NCBI GenBank assembly: GCA_010909165.1
Contig: MU008203.1
Span: 62,001-126,000, forward strand
DNA length: 64,000 bases
Direction: 5' to 3'
Source of the DNA: Anthoceros angustus
Taxonomy: Eukaryota > Plantae > Anthocerotophyta
This document shows positions 50,369-64,000 of the stretch, piece after piece. Below the pieces are notes generated by a model. The model saw only the letters and a list, made by a program, of their open reading frames with translations, did not search any database and was not told the origin of the DNA. Numbering within the stretch: position 1 is the first letter of the stretch; every line of letters begins with the position of its first letter. The position numbers and the translations under genes were made by a program.

Positions 50369-53300
50369 TGAAGTTGATTGGCAACTTCGAGTTTAAAGCC
50401 CTTGCTGAGTGCAAGGTCCACAACGAGAGGTGCCTTTTTTGTTTTGACAAGTGCTTCCTTCGGCTTCTAGAAAACTACGACTGGGATTGGCTTGAAGAAG
50501 CTCCTACATTTTTGGCGATGAAGTTATTCTGCTACCCATATTCTGATACCCATTTTGTACAGCAAAACCATACCTGACATGCCTTGGGCTTTCACTCCCT
50601 TGGCAGCACTCATTCTTTGTAGGAAGCAAGCGAAGGATACTTTGCGTTGCTGACATGCCTCTTCAGCTCGAAGAAAGATAACATGGTATTGTTTTTAGCA
50701 GGGCAGATGCTATCTCTGGCTGCAGAGCTCTCTCGGCCCCATGTGTAATAAGGAGTCCAACCTCTCGAATCGTCCATTCTTGGATTAAACCACAGTCTAC
50801 TATGATCTGTCATGTTTCCGGTAGCCATGTATCAGGCTCCCAGGCTCCCTTATGTGCAAGTGAGTGGCAAGGGTACGCAAAAGGCACGCTATTTGCAGCC
50901 TCTTTCTATCTGCAGAGGTGTAATGCCATCCGCAAGTCGTGGTAAACCACTCCGTGATTGTTCCTGTTAGGCTAGCTAGCGTCATGCATTTCTTCCTGTG
51001 CTTAGTTCGCAACAGGAGCAACAGCAACGTGGACCAGGATTCTGTATGTTATGCGACGAGTAGGCTTCCCGTCTGATGGACGCATCCAAGCTTAGCAATC
51101 TCCAGGTTGTAAGCTGGGCACAATCATTGGTCACTATCTACGCACAACACGTCTCGTACAGCCCTTCTCTTTCAGCATCAGGCCCGGGAGAATGTCGTGG
51201 CACCAGGAAGCTTCTCTGGTTCTTCCTTCCTTTCTTCACCTAACTGTAGGGATCATGGCACAGGCAATCTGGCTGTCGGTCGGTGCAACCAAACAGGAAG
51301 AAGAGCAAGGCCTCCACTCCAAGACCCAAGCTGCTGCCGCTGCTGCTGCCGCTGTTGCTGATTGAGAAGGAAGCGTGATCCCGGACGAGTGCATGATTTC
51401 AACCTATTCCCAGTGATGATTCCAATTGCAGCAGGCCATCTCCTCATGTTTATCTATCACTCTCCTTCCATTCCATAGGACACACCCGAGCCACGTCCCG
51501 CGTCCATGATGACATGACTATCACGCGATCTCCGTGGTTACCATCAAAAGAGGCCTGCTTGGACTTTTCTTGGTTCTTTCTGCCTTTCCCGTGCTTTCTG
51601 TTCCTCTCCCTTTACTCCAACACTCCATTCTCGTCACTGCCTTGAGTGAGGCAGGCTGAAGCTGCCCAGGAAATGGGCCATTCCTTGGCTCGACGCGGGC
51701 TGGACCGACAGTACAAATGTACCACTGTAATGCATCCAGTTCAGACACGCGGTCAGGTGTGGAGCCGGGTGTCATGGAATCCCGACAACGCTGTACTGCC
51801 CAGTAAAAGTACTGTACTGAGCAGGAATAAGAATTTTTCACTTATCCCACATCCACGTCGAGACATGTTGCAACCGGCCTCCCATTGGACTGGGATGCAT
51901 GCAATGCAAGTCCATGGTCGCCTGCTCCTTGGCCTCTTCCTTCTAGAAGGAGATGTCAAAGGCGCCCACTCAATGTCCGCTAGCCCCTGGGCATGGAGCC
52001 GGGGTGGAGTCTGGAGAAACATCCCATGCCGTAGCCGTCGCCATCCCATCCCGCATGAATCTCCGGCTCCACAAAGCAGCCCAACCCCCCTCAAACCGCA
52101 TCTGCCGCTTCCCGATGCGGAATCATCCGCCTCCCCCCCCCGCCCCCTCATGAATCTGCTGCACCACAAAGCTCCCAGCGTGCCTGAAGCGATCCACATG
52201 GAACGATGCAAGATCCACGATAGTACTTCTAGTCCCCGGCCTGCGCTAGTGTATCTGGTCTAATCTGTATCAGTCCTCCCCATCCCACCAGCTGAGAGCT
52301 CTAGGCAAGCAGCGAGTCTAGAGGAGCTGAACTTGTGTGCAACAATGCGATGCTGATATGGATCCATCACCCACACACCGCCTCATCATCGCCAGACTCC
52401 CTCCTGTGACTTCAAATTCATGTCATTGCGACACCAGGCCTGGTGGGGTGGGGTGGTGCACCGGCCATATCTCCAGCTCCCGCAGAAAAACATTAAAATA
52501 CTGACTCAGAGGGAGTTGCAGGCCTGAGTCTGTGAGAGCGGCCACCAGGGGAACGATGTTCGAAGAGGATGAGGTCAGAGAGAGAGACCGGATGACGCGC
52601 GGCCGAGGTCTAATTTTGGACAGGAAAACGCCAAAGCTTGATGTGCTTTGGTCCTGGGCCCATTTGTCTGAACGCTCCTGACGCCGCGGTCGCCCGACTG
52701 GCCAGCTCCGTTCGCGGACAGGCTACAGCTCGGCGAGCAATGGATGCAATGGCTACCGCTTTCTGTAAAGGATATCCATCGATCTCCATGTGTTTATAAT
52801 ACACGTACACGAGATCGCTCGGTCTTCAGGCCCGGCTAGGCCAACTCCACTAAATCAGAGTCCCGCGGACTTTAATATACTTCTTCTTCTTCTTTCATGA
52901 ATCTAGCTCTGGCTGGAGGAAACCATTCGAAATGTGTCGCGCTGAAGAACTCACTGGAGGGAGTCCGGATCGAAGCCCAGAAACAGGGCACGTTGCACAG
53001 CAGAGCGAGATGTGGTTGTGGTGAGATCCGATCGCATCAGTGGGTCATTAAATTGATCCCCGAGTCCCGAGAGAGATGGACCTGAGAGACTCTGCGAGCA
53101 TCGCCCATGTGCCCTCTGCCAGGCCTCCTACTCCACATGTGTGAGCTCGCGTGGGTGCGGCATTCCGAGGACGCCTACGCTTTACAATTGCGGCTTTCTC
53201 CTCATCCAGCGAGCGAGCCATCATCAGTTTGGCAAGTCCCCACCTTCACTCCATCTCCATGCCAAGAATAGCCCCGGCCGAGCTGGACTGCAACAATCGG

Positions 53301-53649
53301 GTTGGGTTTCGCGATATTCCACCTCCTAAATGGTTAATCCGTACGATTGCTTGCCTACCTATCCTGACCACCAAGTCCCCTTCCTTAGTGGACTCGAATA
53401 AAATTCTCCTCCTTGTCCTTCCCAGTTTGCCACACAGGGAGATGCTTCCCTTCATGCACCCATCGATTAGAAGGGCGGGTGCGGGGAGGGAGAAGATCTT
53501 TTTGGGTCACACCTAATGTCTCACACATTTGTGGGTGTCACGTTGTGGGGTCAGTTACACACAAGTCCACGAAGAATGGCCACGCAAGAGACGGATCCAT
53601 GTGGCCTTGCCCAAGTTTGCCCTCAGGCTGGCATCTCTCTCTTAGAGAT

Positions 53650-53850
53650 AAGCCTGGCCGTGGCCCTGGCCGTGGCCCTGGCCAGCCCTGGCCTTGTGCT
53701 TGGCACAGAAAAAGGCCTGGCTGCCGCCTGCTCAATGCGGACGATCGCACAGGCCCTGCTGTACGAAGAAGAAGGAGGGGGCTGGTGCCCGGTGCCCGGT
53801 GCCAAAAAAAGGGGACCCCGATATGGGTTTTTTATTTTGTGCACCAGAAA
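53650..53850. repeat. GC-rich small element with internal short repeats (GGCCGTGGCCCT, GGTGCCC) and GCACAGAAAA...TTTTGTGCA inverted motif
   Basis: Direct reading; motifs shared with 14210-14424. Confidence 0.45.
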
Positions 53851-54824
53851 TAGGGCCTATTACACCTCCGCTGCCACGTACAGCAGAGGAATCTGACCGG
53901 TTACAGGACGACGGAGTATTGGAAATTCCAGGTGGGAAATAGGGACAAAACGGCACATGCTCCACGTTGCGCGCGAGACTGCCTTTTCCATTAAATGGGA
54001 TATCCCGCATTTAGGCACTGCTGTCTTGCTGCTCTGGCTCTGCGTAATGTGTACAAACGGCCTGTTTATTCTAAGGTACGGCACGCTCGTCTCGCCAGTG
54101 GCCACACTCTCGCCACTCCCCGCCTCGGGCTCGGGTCCGGGCGTCCGGGCCAGGGGCCTTGCTCATCGCCTTGCTCATAAATAGCTAGGTACCCACAAAC
54201 TTGGTCTAATATATTTTAAGCTTATTCGCTCCCTGCTTTCCTTCCATCTTATTGGCCACTCATTTTAATACCTATGGGCTAACTACCTGTGCAAAATGTC
54301 AAGTCCATGATTAAAAATGTTATGTTTTCTTTCAGCCCCGTAATGAGAACGCTGAGCTAGTCACACAATGATTATGATTCCCTCCAATACCGATGATGCT
54401 ACTGTCATGGTAGGTTAAGAACTTACTAGCACTTGATCGTGTGCAAGCTCTTCATCCGATGTTCAAAATCAGCACACAAGAGTCCACAACATGTGTAGGC
54501 CAAACCATGGGCAGGATTTGAGTATCGGCTAAGTGTCGGAATATCCTGCGACATACTCACGTTTTGACTCAAACTCTCTCTTCAACAAATCATGACGATG
54601 CCGAGTTGTGTATGCATCCATCCCAGCATCGCCTTGCATTCCCCCTCCCTACATCACGATATTAGGATACCTCTTGATACATGTTAGACACACACTTAGT
54701 GTTTTTTTTTTTGAGTCATAATTCAAAGAAGTGTCAGTCTCGTATGCACTATGCTGCATTAGATCACCTCATACAGCAACTTAGCCAACTAATCCTTAAA
54801 AGTTACCTCATTCCTACTAAACTC

Positions 54825-57730
54825 ATGGCCACTGGAACTTCGTCTAGTCCGGCAGGTCCAACATTCAATTCTGAGCTCAAAGAGAAAGACTGTTTCAATG
54901 GATCTAAATACCAAGTCTGGAGGGTCCGAATGAAGACTACTCTTGTTGCCCATGGAGTTTGGCCAGTTGTTGATGGAACCTTCAAGAAAGCCCAACCCCG
55001 CAAGCACTCCCCCTCCTACACCAACAGACATTCAAAAATGGGATCAGCTGAATTCCATTGCTATTGCTCTGCTGATTGGTGGGTTGGACGCAGATCTCCT
55101 ACTTGATGTCATGTATCTGGCTAGCGCAGAAGAAATATGGGAACAACTTGCTTCCACATATGGTGACAAGAATGTGCTTCGCAGGATAATGGCACCAAGT
55201 TTGTGAACAATGCCTTTGACTCATACCTGCATGAGAATAGCATGCAGAGGCAGTTAATAGTGCTTTACACTCAACAACAGAATGGGGTGGCCGAGCGCAA
55301 GAATCAGACCTTGCTTGGCATGACCAGAAGCATACTATTATGGGCTGGCTTACTACAAGAGTACCGGCGGAGGCTGTGGTCACAGCCACCTACATCAGAA
55401 TGCGGAGCACCAGAATGTGCTTCGCATTCTAATCTATTGTGATAGATCAGAATGCGCTGTCCGCGTGTTGACCAGTTCCGTCCCAAGCCAAACCCCCTTT
55501 GAAGTTTACTGACATAGAAAACCTAGCGTGCTTCACCTTCGAGTGTTTGGATCCAAAGCATTTGCCTATGTCCTTGTAAAAAAAAGAAAGAAGTTAGACA
55601 ACTGTTCTCAGAGTGTGATTTTTTTGGGACATAGAGAAACCGTGAAGGCTTTCAAACTCTACGACCCGGATACATATGTTGTTGTCCTAGCCCGTACTGT
55701 CACCTTCTTGGAGTCCCCTGAGCCTGCTTCACAGTCCTCATCCTATGTCCCACATGGCACACATTCATAGGGAGATCCAAGGGATACTGAACTTGATACA
55801 GTTACCTTCCCCATAGATGACGCTGACGCTCCGGATGGTGCTGCTCTTTTAGGTCCAGATGACCCATGCCAGATCCTCAAGTAGCCCGAACTCATGACCC
55901 ACAGTTTGCGGACCTCCTCCCAGTAGGTATTCCCCTCGACCATGTTGATGAACCAGTGGATGGCCTAGTAGTTGATCAATTGGATGGCCTAGCAGCTGAT
56001 CTAGGGAGGTTCCTTAGCCTGATCCACCGCCAGAGCTTGAGCATGACCCAACTCCCGGACGATCTTCATGATATCGGCCTCCTCCTGACTAGTGGAGGGA
56101 GCCTCGTCATCAGTTTGTGGACTTCAGGACTTTTGTAGCTGTCTATGGCACCGCTGTTGACATTCTCCCTACCGAGGAACCCCGTTCCTACAAGGCTGCT
56201 CTAGCTAGCCCTGATGCATCTAAGTGGCAATCAGCAGTGGAGGATGAATATCAATCCTTGCTGAAGAACAAGACTTAGAAACTTGTTGACTTACCCCCTG
56301 GACGCAAAGCAATCTCTTGTAAGCGGATTTTTAAACTCAAGTTGAATGTACAAGGAGAAATTGCGAGATACAAAGCCAAATTGGTGGCTAGGGGATTAAC
56401 CTAAGTCAAAGACTCGACTTGATACCTTCTCCCCATTGGTAGATGCACAGTCTATTTGCATTCTGCTATCTCTTGCTACCAAGTTGGACGTGGATCTCCA
56501 ACAAATGGATGTATGCACTACTTTCCTTTATGGGAGGTGGGGGGGGAGACTTGGACGAAGACCTATACATGCAGCACCTGAGGGTTATGAGGATCATCAG
56601 TATCCAAACAGAGTACTAAAGCTAGTAAAATGCATCTATGGTTTGAAGCAGAGCGAGAGGGTGTGGTATATTACCATACACATATATCTCCTAAGCATAT
56701 CTTTTGTCCAGAGCACTACCAACTCCAATGTGTTCAGGCTCAGCAAGGGGTCCGACTTCGTAGTGCTTGCCTTGTATAACGACAACGTCATCCTCGCAAC
56801 ACATGGTCAACCCGTGTTAGCTGAAGTATTGCCTATGTATATAGATACTTAGGGTCCACTGAGAAGAACTTCTAATTATCCATCTGATGCATAAATACAT
56901 AAATTATTTTGCACAAGTGCAAGCTGGACGAAGCCAGACCAGCCACTACTCCTTATGTCATAGGAACGAAGCTTACTAACTTGCAGTGCCCTCATACTGT
57001 AGAAGAAGTGAGCGACATGAAGGATGTTCCCTACATGCACGATGTTGGCAGTTTGATATTGACAAAATTGTGAGTAATTGGACAAGGCCCGACATCCAAT
57101 ATTCTATCAGCGCATTCTCACAATTTCAAGATAATCTGGAAGGCCACATTGGATCGCCCTTGAATGCATCTTCAAATACTTAAAGGGCACATACAACAAT
57201 GGATTATTTTACAGGAGGAGCGGACAGCGGAAACTCACCTTATTTAGGTTCACTGATGCCAACTGGGCATCCCACAATGACTCCAAGAAAAGTCTGTCAA
57301 TATATTGCTTTTTGCTCTCCTCCGCTGCCATGAACTGGTCATGCAAGAAACAGTCCTCCATTGCTCTCTCATCTACAAAGGCAGTATACAAGTCATTAAC
57401 AGATGCAACAAAGGAGGCACAGTGGGGAAAAAAATTCCTGCTTTACTTAGACCAGACACAACAGCCACCTACCTCCGTCTTGTGCGACAATATGTCATCC
57501 TTGGCTCTTATAGCAAACCCTCAATTCCACACAGGCATACACACATAAAAATACATTATCATTATATTAAGGATGTGGTGGAAAGAGGGGTAGTCAAGGT
57601 ACTTGGCTACGTGCACACAGATGAAAATGTTGCTGATGTACTCACAAAAGGCCTTAACAAGCACAAGCATTCTAAGCACATGCCAGGCTTGGAGCTACAT
57701 GACTACACAACATACTTCAATGGCAAGTAA
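54825..57730 (+). mobile_element. Decayed, internally deleted Ty1/copia retrotransposon
   Basis: gag FNGSKYQVWRVRMKTTLVAHGVWPVVDG and AEEIWEQL; integrase DNGTKFVN...QQNGVAERKNQTL; HLRVFGSKAF; RT EPRSY, YKAKLVARG, QMDV, IYGLKQ; RNase H NWSCKKQSSIALSST, CDN, NVADVLTKGL. A possible PPT+TGTTAG LTR start lies at ~58340-58355. Confidence 0.9.
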
Positions 57731-58499
57731 TTTATCTGGTGGTGGGTGGGGGCGAGAACCTAAAGGTTTCCTACGTTTTGTGGACGTGTCCTCAGTTTTT
57801 TGGAGACACAGATAACTGGACAAGCCCACCACAGCATAAAAAGTATCCATCTCCGTGATTCTGGCCATGGCAGCTTTAAGCTTGGCAGCCAGGATTGGAG
57901 CTGCCTCTCTAGAGTAGTAGACTTCTGGCCTCTGCTCCTGCTCCTATTCAGCCCTGGCCACTCCAGGCAGAGGGCTATGATTCGCCATCGCAAAGGCATT
58001 GACGCGTGCCACCAGCTCCTCCAAGGTCCCTAGGGCAGGTGTGCCTGACGGTGATGGCGCGCTATGAGTTGTTTTTCTGGCCTCTTTCCCTTCTCATAAA
58101 CCAAGGGGCAATCATAGCTTCCTCCTATGTTGGTTTCATGATATTGATTCTCCTGGATATGAGGATCTGGAGGATTTGGACGCAACACAAGCTGAGCGCA
58201 ATTTCAGCGAAGAGCAAAATGGCGAGAGTGTCCATGTCGGCAAGACTTTACGTTGGGAGGGAGCGTACAGGTGGTTTGATGGAGCGTACGTGAGTTCATT
58301 AATGGTGTGAAAGGCGATAAGGCTAACTGTGCTTACCGTAAGAGGGAGTGTTAGATATATAGCTGTTATGCTAGATATAAGACTAAGCAAGTTAGGCTTA
58401 TTGAAACGTTATGCATACTTAGGATTACGTATTTATAGTGGACACATGACACAATTTTGTATTCCTTAATCATTATTGCAAGTTCTTTTGGTAGCACGC

Positions 58500-58960
58500 T
58501 CCTCACTAAATGAACAACACGGAGTTGAAAGAAGTGTCCCAGGTCAGACACTAGTTTGGAATGATCTGATTCCGAGACACCCACACACAATGTGGCGAAC
58601 TCCTCCAACAAAGGTTCCAAGTGCACATTCTTATTTTTCATCTGATTTAGTTCGAGGATAATGAGAAGCATAATAATCCTTTGCTTTTTTGTGGTTAGCC
58701 ATGGGGGGAGGTTATGAATGAAAAGGAGAACATGCCAAATGGAGTAAGAGGAGGATCGATGCCCGCTTAGATTGAAGCCGTCTGTTGAGATGCCTAGCCA
58801 AATATTTCTATCCTCGAGACCAAAATCATTCACAGCTTCCAATGGCCGCCAAGTGAGTGTGTCTACCATAATTTTCATCTTACGATCTGTGCTCCTATGG
58901 TCTTTACACTAGGTGAGTTGATGTCCTGTGGAAGGGCAAGCAAACATTATGCGAAGGCGC
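58500..58960 (-). mobile_element. CACTA/En-Spm transposase (Tnp2 family) fragment
   Basis: RNIWLGISTDGFNLSG...YSIWHVLLFIHNLPPWLTTK...HLEPLLEEF matches the RNxxLGxxTDGFNP...NLPPW...YLxPLxxEL signature. Confidence 0.85.
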
Positions 58961-61486
58961 TCCATCACCGGAAAATAGAACATAGTTTTCCGCGGAACAG
59001 CCTACCCGGTGGTACGAGTCCGGAATCTAGGCTCGTCACAAAATTGGCAGGATGTTTCCAGTGCCCCTAGGGCCCCAATTTGTACAAGCCCCCATGCGTG
59101 GGCGACTACAGTAGTAGTCGCCCATGCATGCATCAATGCGCACACTTTCCTACCTAGCGTGTACGAGCATCTTTCGAACATCCCCCCTTAACATCGACAT
59201 TGTGTTCGTTCTAGCCAGAATTGAGGAGGAAAAGAGGTTGAGAATGGCAGTCATGCGAGAGTCTGATATCTTGAACTGGTCTTGAATGTTGAGAAATGCC
59301 AATGCCCAAATAATCTCTTGTGCTTGGATTTTTCATCACCAGTGACAGAGCTCAGTGGTTTCGAGGCCTATGCTTCCAAACTAAACTGGCCCTCCTTAGA
59401 AATGTCGGCAATGAAGGTGCACATGGCTTGGCACTAGCGCACCGCATTCGAATCGGCAACTGGGCCTGCGTCTTCAGGGACATGAGATGCTACGGGGGGC
59501 ACGAAATCCATCGCCTATTGTTACCCACCTCTCTTCGTAGGAAAGGGTTGTGGGACTGGACCAGGCTGACCTCCATCCTTAGCATCGTCTAGTCCATGCC
59601 AGGGGCAGGCGTCATCCTCATCTTGGTCGTCCTTCACCCGTGCCTGCCAAGACTCACAATATTTTCATAGGTTTCTACCAAAGTAATTGATTATTATTAA
59701 TTAGAAAAATAGATATGTACAATAAATATGAATATTCATCTATATTTTTATATTAATGTGATGAATTTCAGGTGTGTGACTGCACTACTTTGTAATCGTT
59801 GGAAGCTGGCGTACGTATGTGTGTATGATGGTGTGCGTTAAAAAGGTTGGTGGAATGGAGAGGATGGACATGTGCAGTGGTGCATGGGGTGCTATCTTAG
59901 GACAGCGGCAGATCGCAGACCTGACGTGTGATGATTTAGCGGATTTGGTGGATTTGCATTGTGGCCTAGCGGCGAGGCGACACCAGCTAAAAAAGGCAGG
60001 TAGGAGAGGCGCCGGGATTTATTTAGCCTGCTCGTACGCTGCATTCTATTTTTGCAGTAAACCCCCCAACTGCCCACTCAAATTGCCGAGCGGGGTCGGC
60101 GCCCAGGCCCAGGCCCGAGCCCGAGCCTGGGCCCCCGCTGCACCCACACTGTACGATTCTACCTTCCCCCCTTGCCCGGCTCCCACCATGGTGACTTCTA
60201 GAACTTCCTATGCTCTTTCTTTCCCATTACCTTCTTTCAACTCATCTTCAATACTTCTGCCAGGTAAAACCCTTTTGTGAGAGCAGCAGCTCTTCGTTTT
60301 GAATTAGAAAGGAGGATGGCTAAGAAACCGATCAATCCTTCCGTCTTACAATGAAGCAGCTTTATTAGCCTACTCACATCGTCGAGGTCCTAGATTCCGT
60401 TCCATCCGCGCAATAGAGCATGGAGTCAAAACTCAAAATGCGTGCACTGCAAGTAGTTTACAAAGATGCCATTGGGCTCATGGGGCTGTAGGATATAGCA
60501 ACGTTGCGTGGCTTGGCTTTACGGCACACCCACCCACAAAATTGTCAAAGCGAAGGAGCTCGAGGTGTTGGGAATGCCGATGCACATCATGCACATGGCA
60601 GAGCCCATTAGACTGTGGCAGGCTAGCAGTCCTCATAGGCGAGAATAGTCTCCTCTCCCCCAGATCAATACTCACCGCTATCCAGCCAAGCAGCAAGGCA
60701 ACCCAGCATGCCAGCGAGCGAGCCAGCCAAGGTACTTTAGGGCAGGATCTGGCCAGGTGTTGGGAGTGCCATCCACAACATCCCACTGCCTTCCCATTGG
60801 CTGCGGCCTCCACCTCAAGGCTCCACTCTCTTCCCGCCTCAAACGACGTGCATGTTCCTGGGCTCCTCCCCTATTACTATGTCCGAGAGACAGCCCAAGA
60901 TTCTCCTTCTCCCTTAACCGAACTGCTGCTCACACAGAGCAGTAGCCCGCCCTGACGCCGCTGCAGTTACGCACCACATTACGCGTCCGGCAACACAACC
61001 CACAAAACGGTTTTGCATGCCTCGTCGCCGGGGACACAGATCCGTCCATCCATCCATGCCCTGGCGGTTGGGCCTGCCTCTTTAGTTTTGGGCCAATCCC
61101 CGGCGGGCGGCGTCCCCATTGGGCCCCCCCTTCATGGCGGCCGGTCCTAACTCGGGTCCCACCGGGGTTACCCCTCTTAACCCTGACCCCGGGTTCACTT
61201 AACCGCTGGAACCTTCCCCTTGACTTGACTCCCAGTTATGTGTGTACTCGCAGCGCCTTCAACTTGACTCCCAAGAGTCCCAGTCCCCGTCCCAGTCCAG
61301 CCTTGTTTGTTGGTACTCGGTTGGTGGGTTGGCGTTGTCCTATTTCGGGCTTCGTATGGATGCATTTGGTAGGTGCTGCGAAAGGTGATCCCGTACCCAC
61401 CACGCTCGATGGCAACAAAAGGCTGTTTCCTAATACAACAAGCCATCTCTATGCAAAAGGGGAGATTAATAGAATAGGAGGGAGAG

Positions 61487-61525
61487 GGAGAGGAGAGGGA
61501 GGAGAGGGAGAGGAGAGGGAGAGCA
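61487..61525. repeat. Purine-rich (GA/GGA) low-complexity tract
   Basis: ggagggagagggagaggagagggaggagagggagaggagaggga. Confidence 0.8.
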
Positions 61526-62829
61526 CATGAACCACCAAACAATACCTTCTATTTGCAAACAAATGCCTGTCTCCAAGAGGAATACCAACAACAACAGCGG
61601 CAAGAACAGAGAAAGAGAAGCAGGCAGCGAGAGCTATGAGGTGAGCACATGAGCAGTCTGTGCATGAAATGAAGGAACTCGGTGTTTACTAATAAACACA
61701 AGGATGGCAAGCAGAGGGGAGATGAATAGAATAGAGAGGAGAAGACACCTTCTATTCTGCTCGTCTTTGAGGACTTCCAGTTCCACTAGGTGCCTTTGAA
61801 TGTCCCTGTGGCGATTCCCGAGTTGCTAAAACCGGGCGTCACTCACATCACTTCACAATAAAATAGGCAGCCCCACCGGCCCCCAAATATAGCCAGAACG
61901 GCCGACGATGACCCCGAAATTGTGCCCATCCGAAATAGTAATTACTGTGACAATGCTGCAAAATCCCAAAAATATTCTCCCCTTGGCGTCATGGAATTTA
62001 TTAAAGGCGCTTCAACACGGAAATAGGTACATAGCACGGGGATTAAAAAATGCAGCGGTGGGCGACCGGTCGCCGGTCCGCCACGCCCACCGCCCGGTCC
62101 CTGATGAGGCCTCGTGACGAGGTGAAAAACGAACCTGCCTGCTACGTTTACGTTTGCTTTCCGACCAGCGCTGCCGCGCCCACGCCTGCTCCTGCCCGAT
62201 TGCTCATCACTCTCACGCTGCGCTGCCCCCTTTCTTTTCGGCGGGAGCCTTGCTGCGCCCTTGCCTGCTCTGCCATCGGCGCTCTTGTCGCATGTCGCCT
62301 GCCGCTGCCCGCCGGCCTTGAGCGCCTGCGCCGCGAGCTTGCTGCGGATCGCGCACTTGCCTTGCTTCTTCTCGAAGACGACAGTCTTGGATTTCTTGCT
62401 GTAACGGCTGCTTGTGCGGAGGAGGAGGAGGCTGGATTGAGTGAGGTCTTTGAGTGTGCGGGAGGAAGGAATTCGGCCGGTTGGCTGGCTGGCTGTGACG
62501 GGAGGTGAGGGACGTGCGGGAGGCCAATTCGTTCCGGGGCTGCGCGATTGATTGGCCTGCCTACTCAAATTTGGCGCCAGATCAGGTGGCGGGTGCATGT
62601 CTTTGCGCGTTTTTATGCGAGAGGCGGGGCGGCGGTGTGGGAGTACGGAAGGAGCTGCTGGAGTACCAGGTGCCGGGAGGTGCCGATTTTTGTTTGCCGT
62701 ACCTGAGACTGGCAATGTCCTTGCGAAGATGTGAGGATTGATACCTGGTTTTCAATTGGCTACTCTGCGGCACGGTCTCGTGCGAGGTTCCCAAGCAGGC
62801 TCAGCTCTTGCTTTTGGTGGAAGGCCGCC

Positions 62830-64000
62830 ATGGTACTGAAAACCGCCAGATCGGTTTCCCTCCCGCGGGCCGATGCATTGTTTCGGAAAAGGTGTCATCC
62901 CAGCAAGAAGCTGTGCACGGGCTTGAGGCGGGACAGCTACCCGGCCAGCCTTGCGGGAGTTTCCTCCACTCCGTGCCTGGCTGAGCGGCCGCTCTCGAAT
63001 TTCTCCGTGGACATTGGGAGCCTTGAGTCCCTTGATGTCGACATTTTGAAGACTGTGTCTTCCCGTCTGTCGGTTCCGGACCTCTGCGTGCTTGCGCAGG
63101 TGAGGCTTGATCCAGGCTCGTGGTTGGAAGGTTTCGGCCTGTGTTTTGTTTGTGCGTGAGAGTGTCGTCGAGCGTGCTCTCCGGCGTTGAGATTGCGCTC
63201 CTCATCTTTTCCAGCTCCCGCTGTCTGGGCAGGGCTGCTGTGGGATAGCCAGGCAGCTGCACAGTTGTGTTGCAGGTCCTCGCTTTCTGTGTGGCTGAGA
63301 GCGGTTTTGACTGCGCTGAGCTTTAAATGCTGAGGCCCTCCTTGTTTGTGCTGCCAGGTAAACAAGAACTACCACGAGGTCTTCTCCTCTGATGAGATTT
63401 GGCAGCACCACTCATCTATCAATGGAATCTGCAAGACTGAAGACGAGAAAAGCTGGAAGTGGAACTATATGGCCGCCACGACTGGTATCCTCAGTTGCAG
63501 ACCTCGCGTTGGCAATCTAAACTTCTATGGAGACATCGTGATCCTTGACCCGTAAGTGATCTGCAAAATTTTGTTCCTTGGTTTTGAAATTGAAGTCATT
63601 TCATCATGCATTCAAGAACCAACGCCCTGGCGTTCTGGCGTCTGATTGCAGCCTGCGGATCTTCTTTACGAATAACGCGAGCCGCCAAGCAGAGTTTCAG
63701 GAAACTCTCAACAGACATGGGCTGACAGATCTGGTTGTGACCTATCGTGGAGTCAGCTGTGCTATTTTCCCCACCACCTATGGCCTCGACGAAACGGCGT
63801 TTGAGGTATTCAGAGGGACTCGTGAAGGAAATGCGAGTGCCGACATCACGAATTCAGGCAGAGTTGCCGTGATGCCATCTGAGCTGTTTACTATGCTCAA
63901 GGAGGAAAACTCCGATCCGTTTCTGGATCATGGAGTTCGAGTGAGTGGGGTGAACGGCCAGATCTTCAGCAGCCATGATGGAGACTTCTATATCCGCCAC
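62830..64000 (+). CDS. F-box protein with unrecognised C-terminal domain, 3' incomplete (exons 62830-63099, 63358-63551, 63652->end)
   Basis: F-box-like LESLDVDILKTVSSRLSVPDLCVLAQ|VNKNYHEVFSSDEIW spans an intron. GT-AG junctions keep frame, and the third exon is open to the window end. Confidence 0.7.

Noticed and set aside
50580-52300. Possible spliced minus-strand gene (fragments such as HSRLWFNPRMDDSRGWTPYYTW)
   Set aside because: Could not assemble a consistent reading frame or identify a family.
61942-62715. 257-aa minus-strand and 152-aa plus-strand ORFs upstream of the F-box gene
   Set aside because: GC-rich promoter/UTR-like region, biased composition, no domain recognised.

Overview
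Eukaryotic nuclear DNA from a non-seed land plant, inferred to be a hornwort (Anthoceros-like). The inference rests on short GT-AG introns (mostly ~75-140 bp), dense gene packing and a PPR-DYW:KP editing factor ending in GRP. Left to right: decayed Ty1/copia element (~0.8-4.6 kb); 2.4-copy tandem array of a ~3.85-kb unit (5.0-14.2 kb); deleted DGAT1 duplicate; cytochrome b561 gene; DGAT1; sacsin/NO VEIN-like GHKL ATPase; a Mutator element with both ends intact (long TIRs, 9-bp TSD) carrying a transposase and a convergent RPA-like OB-fold ORF; a PLS-PPR-DYW:KP(GRP) gene with an N-terminal OSB-type PDF motif; tRNA-Lys(CTT); SRP72; CIA1; OTP51; a spliced LysM-LysM-M23 peptidase; a second copia remnant; a CACTA fragment; and an F-box gene running off the end. 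Best leads: (1) the PDF + PPR + DYW:KP fusion, a candidate U-to-C editing factor with an ssDNA-binding module, (2) the intron-containing bacterial-type peptidoglycan endopeptidase, (3) the MULE with an RPA-like second gene. Many indels fall in homopolymers and differ between repeat copies, so some frameshifts and duplications may be long-read assembly errors. All family assignments come from motif recognition by eye; no database search was run.
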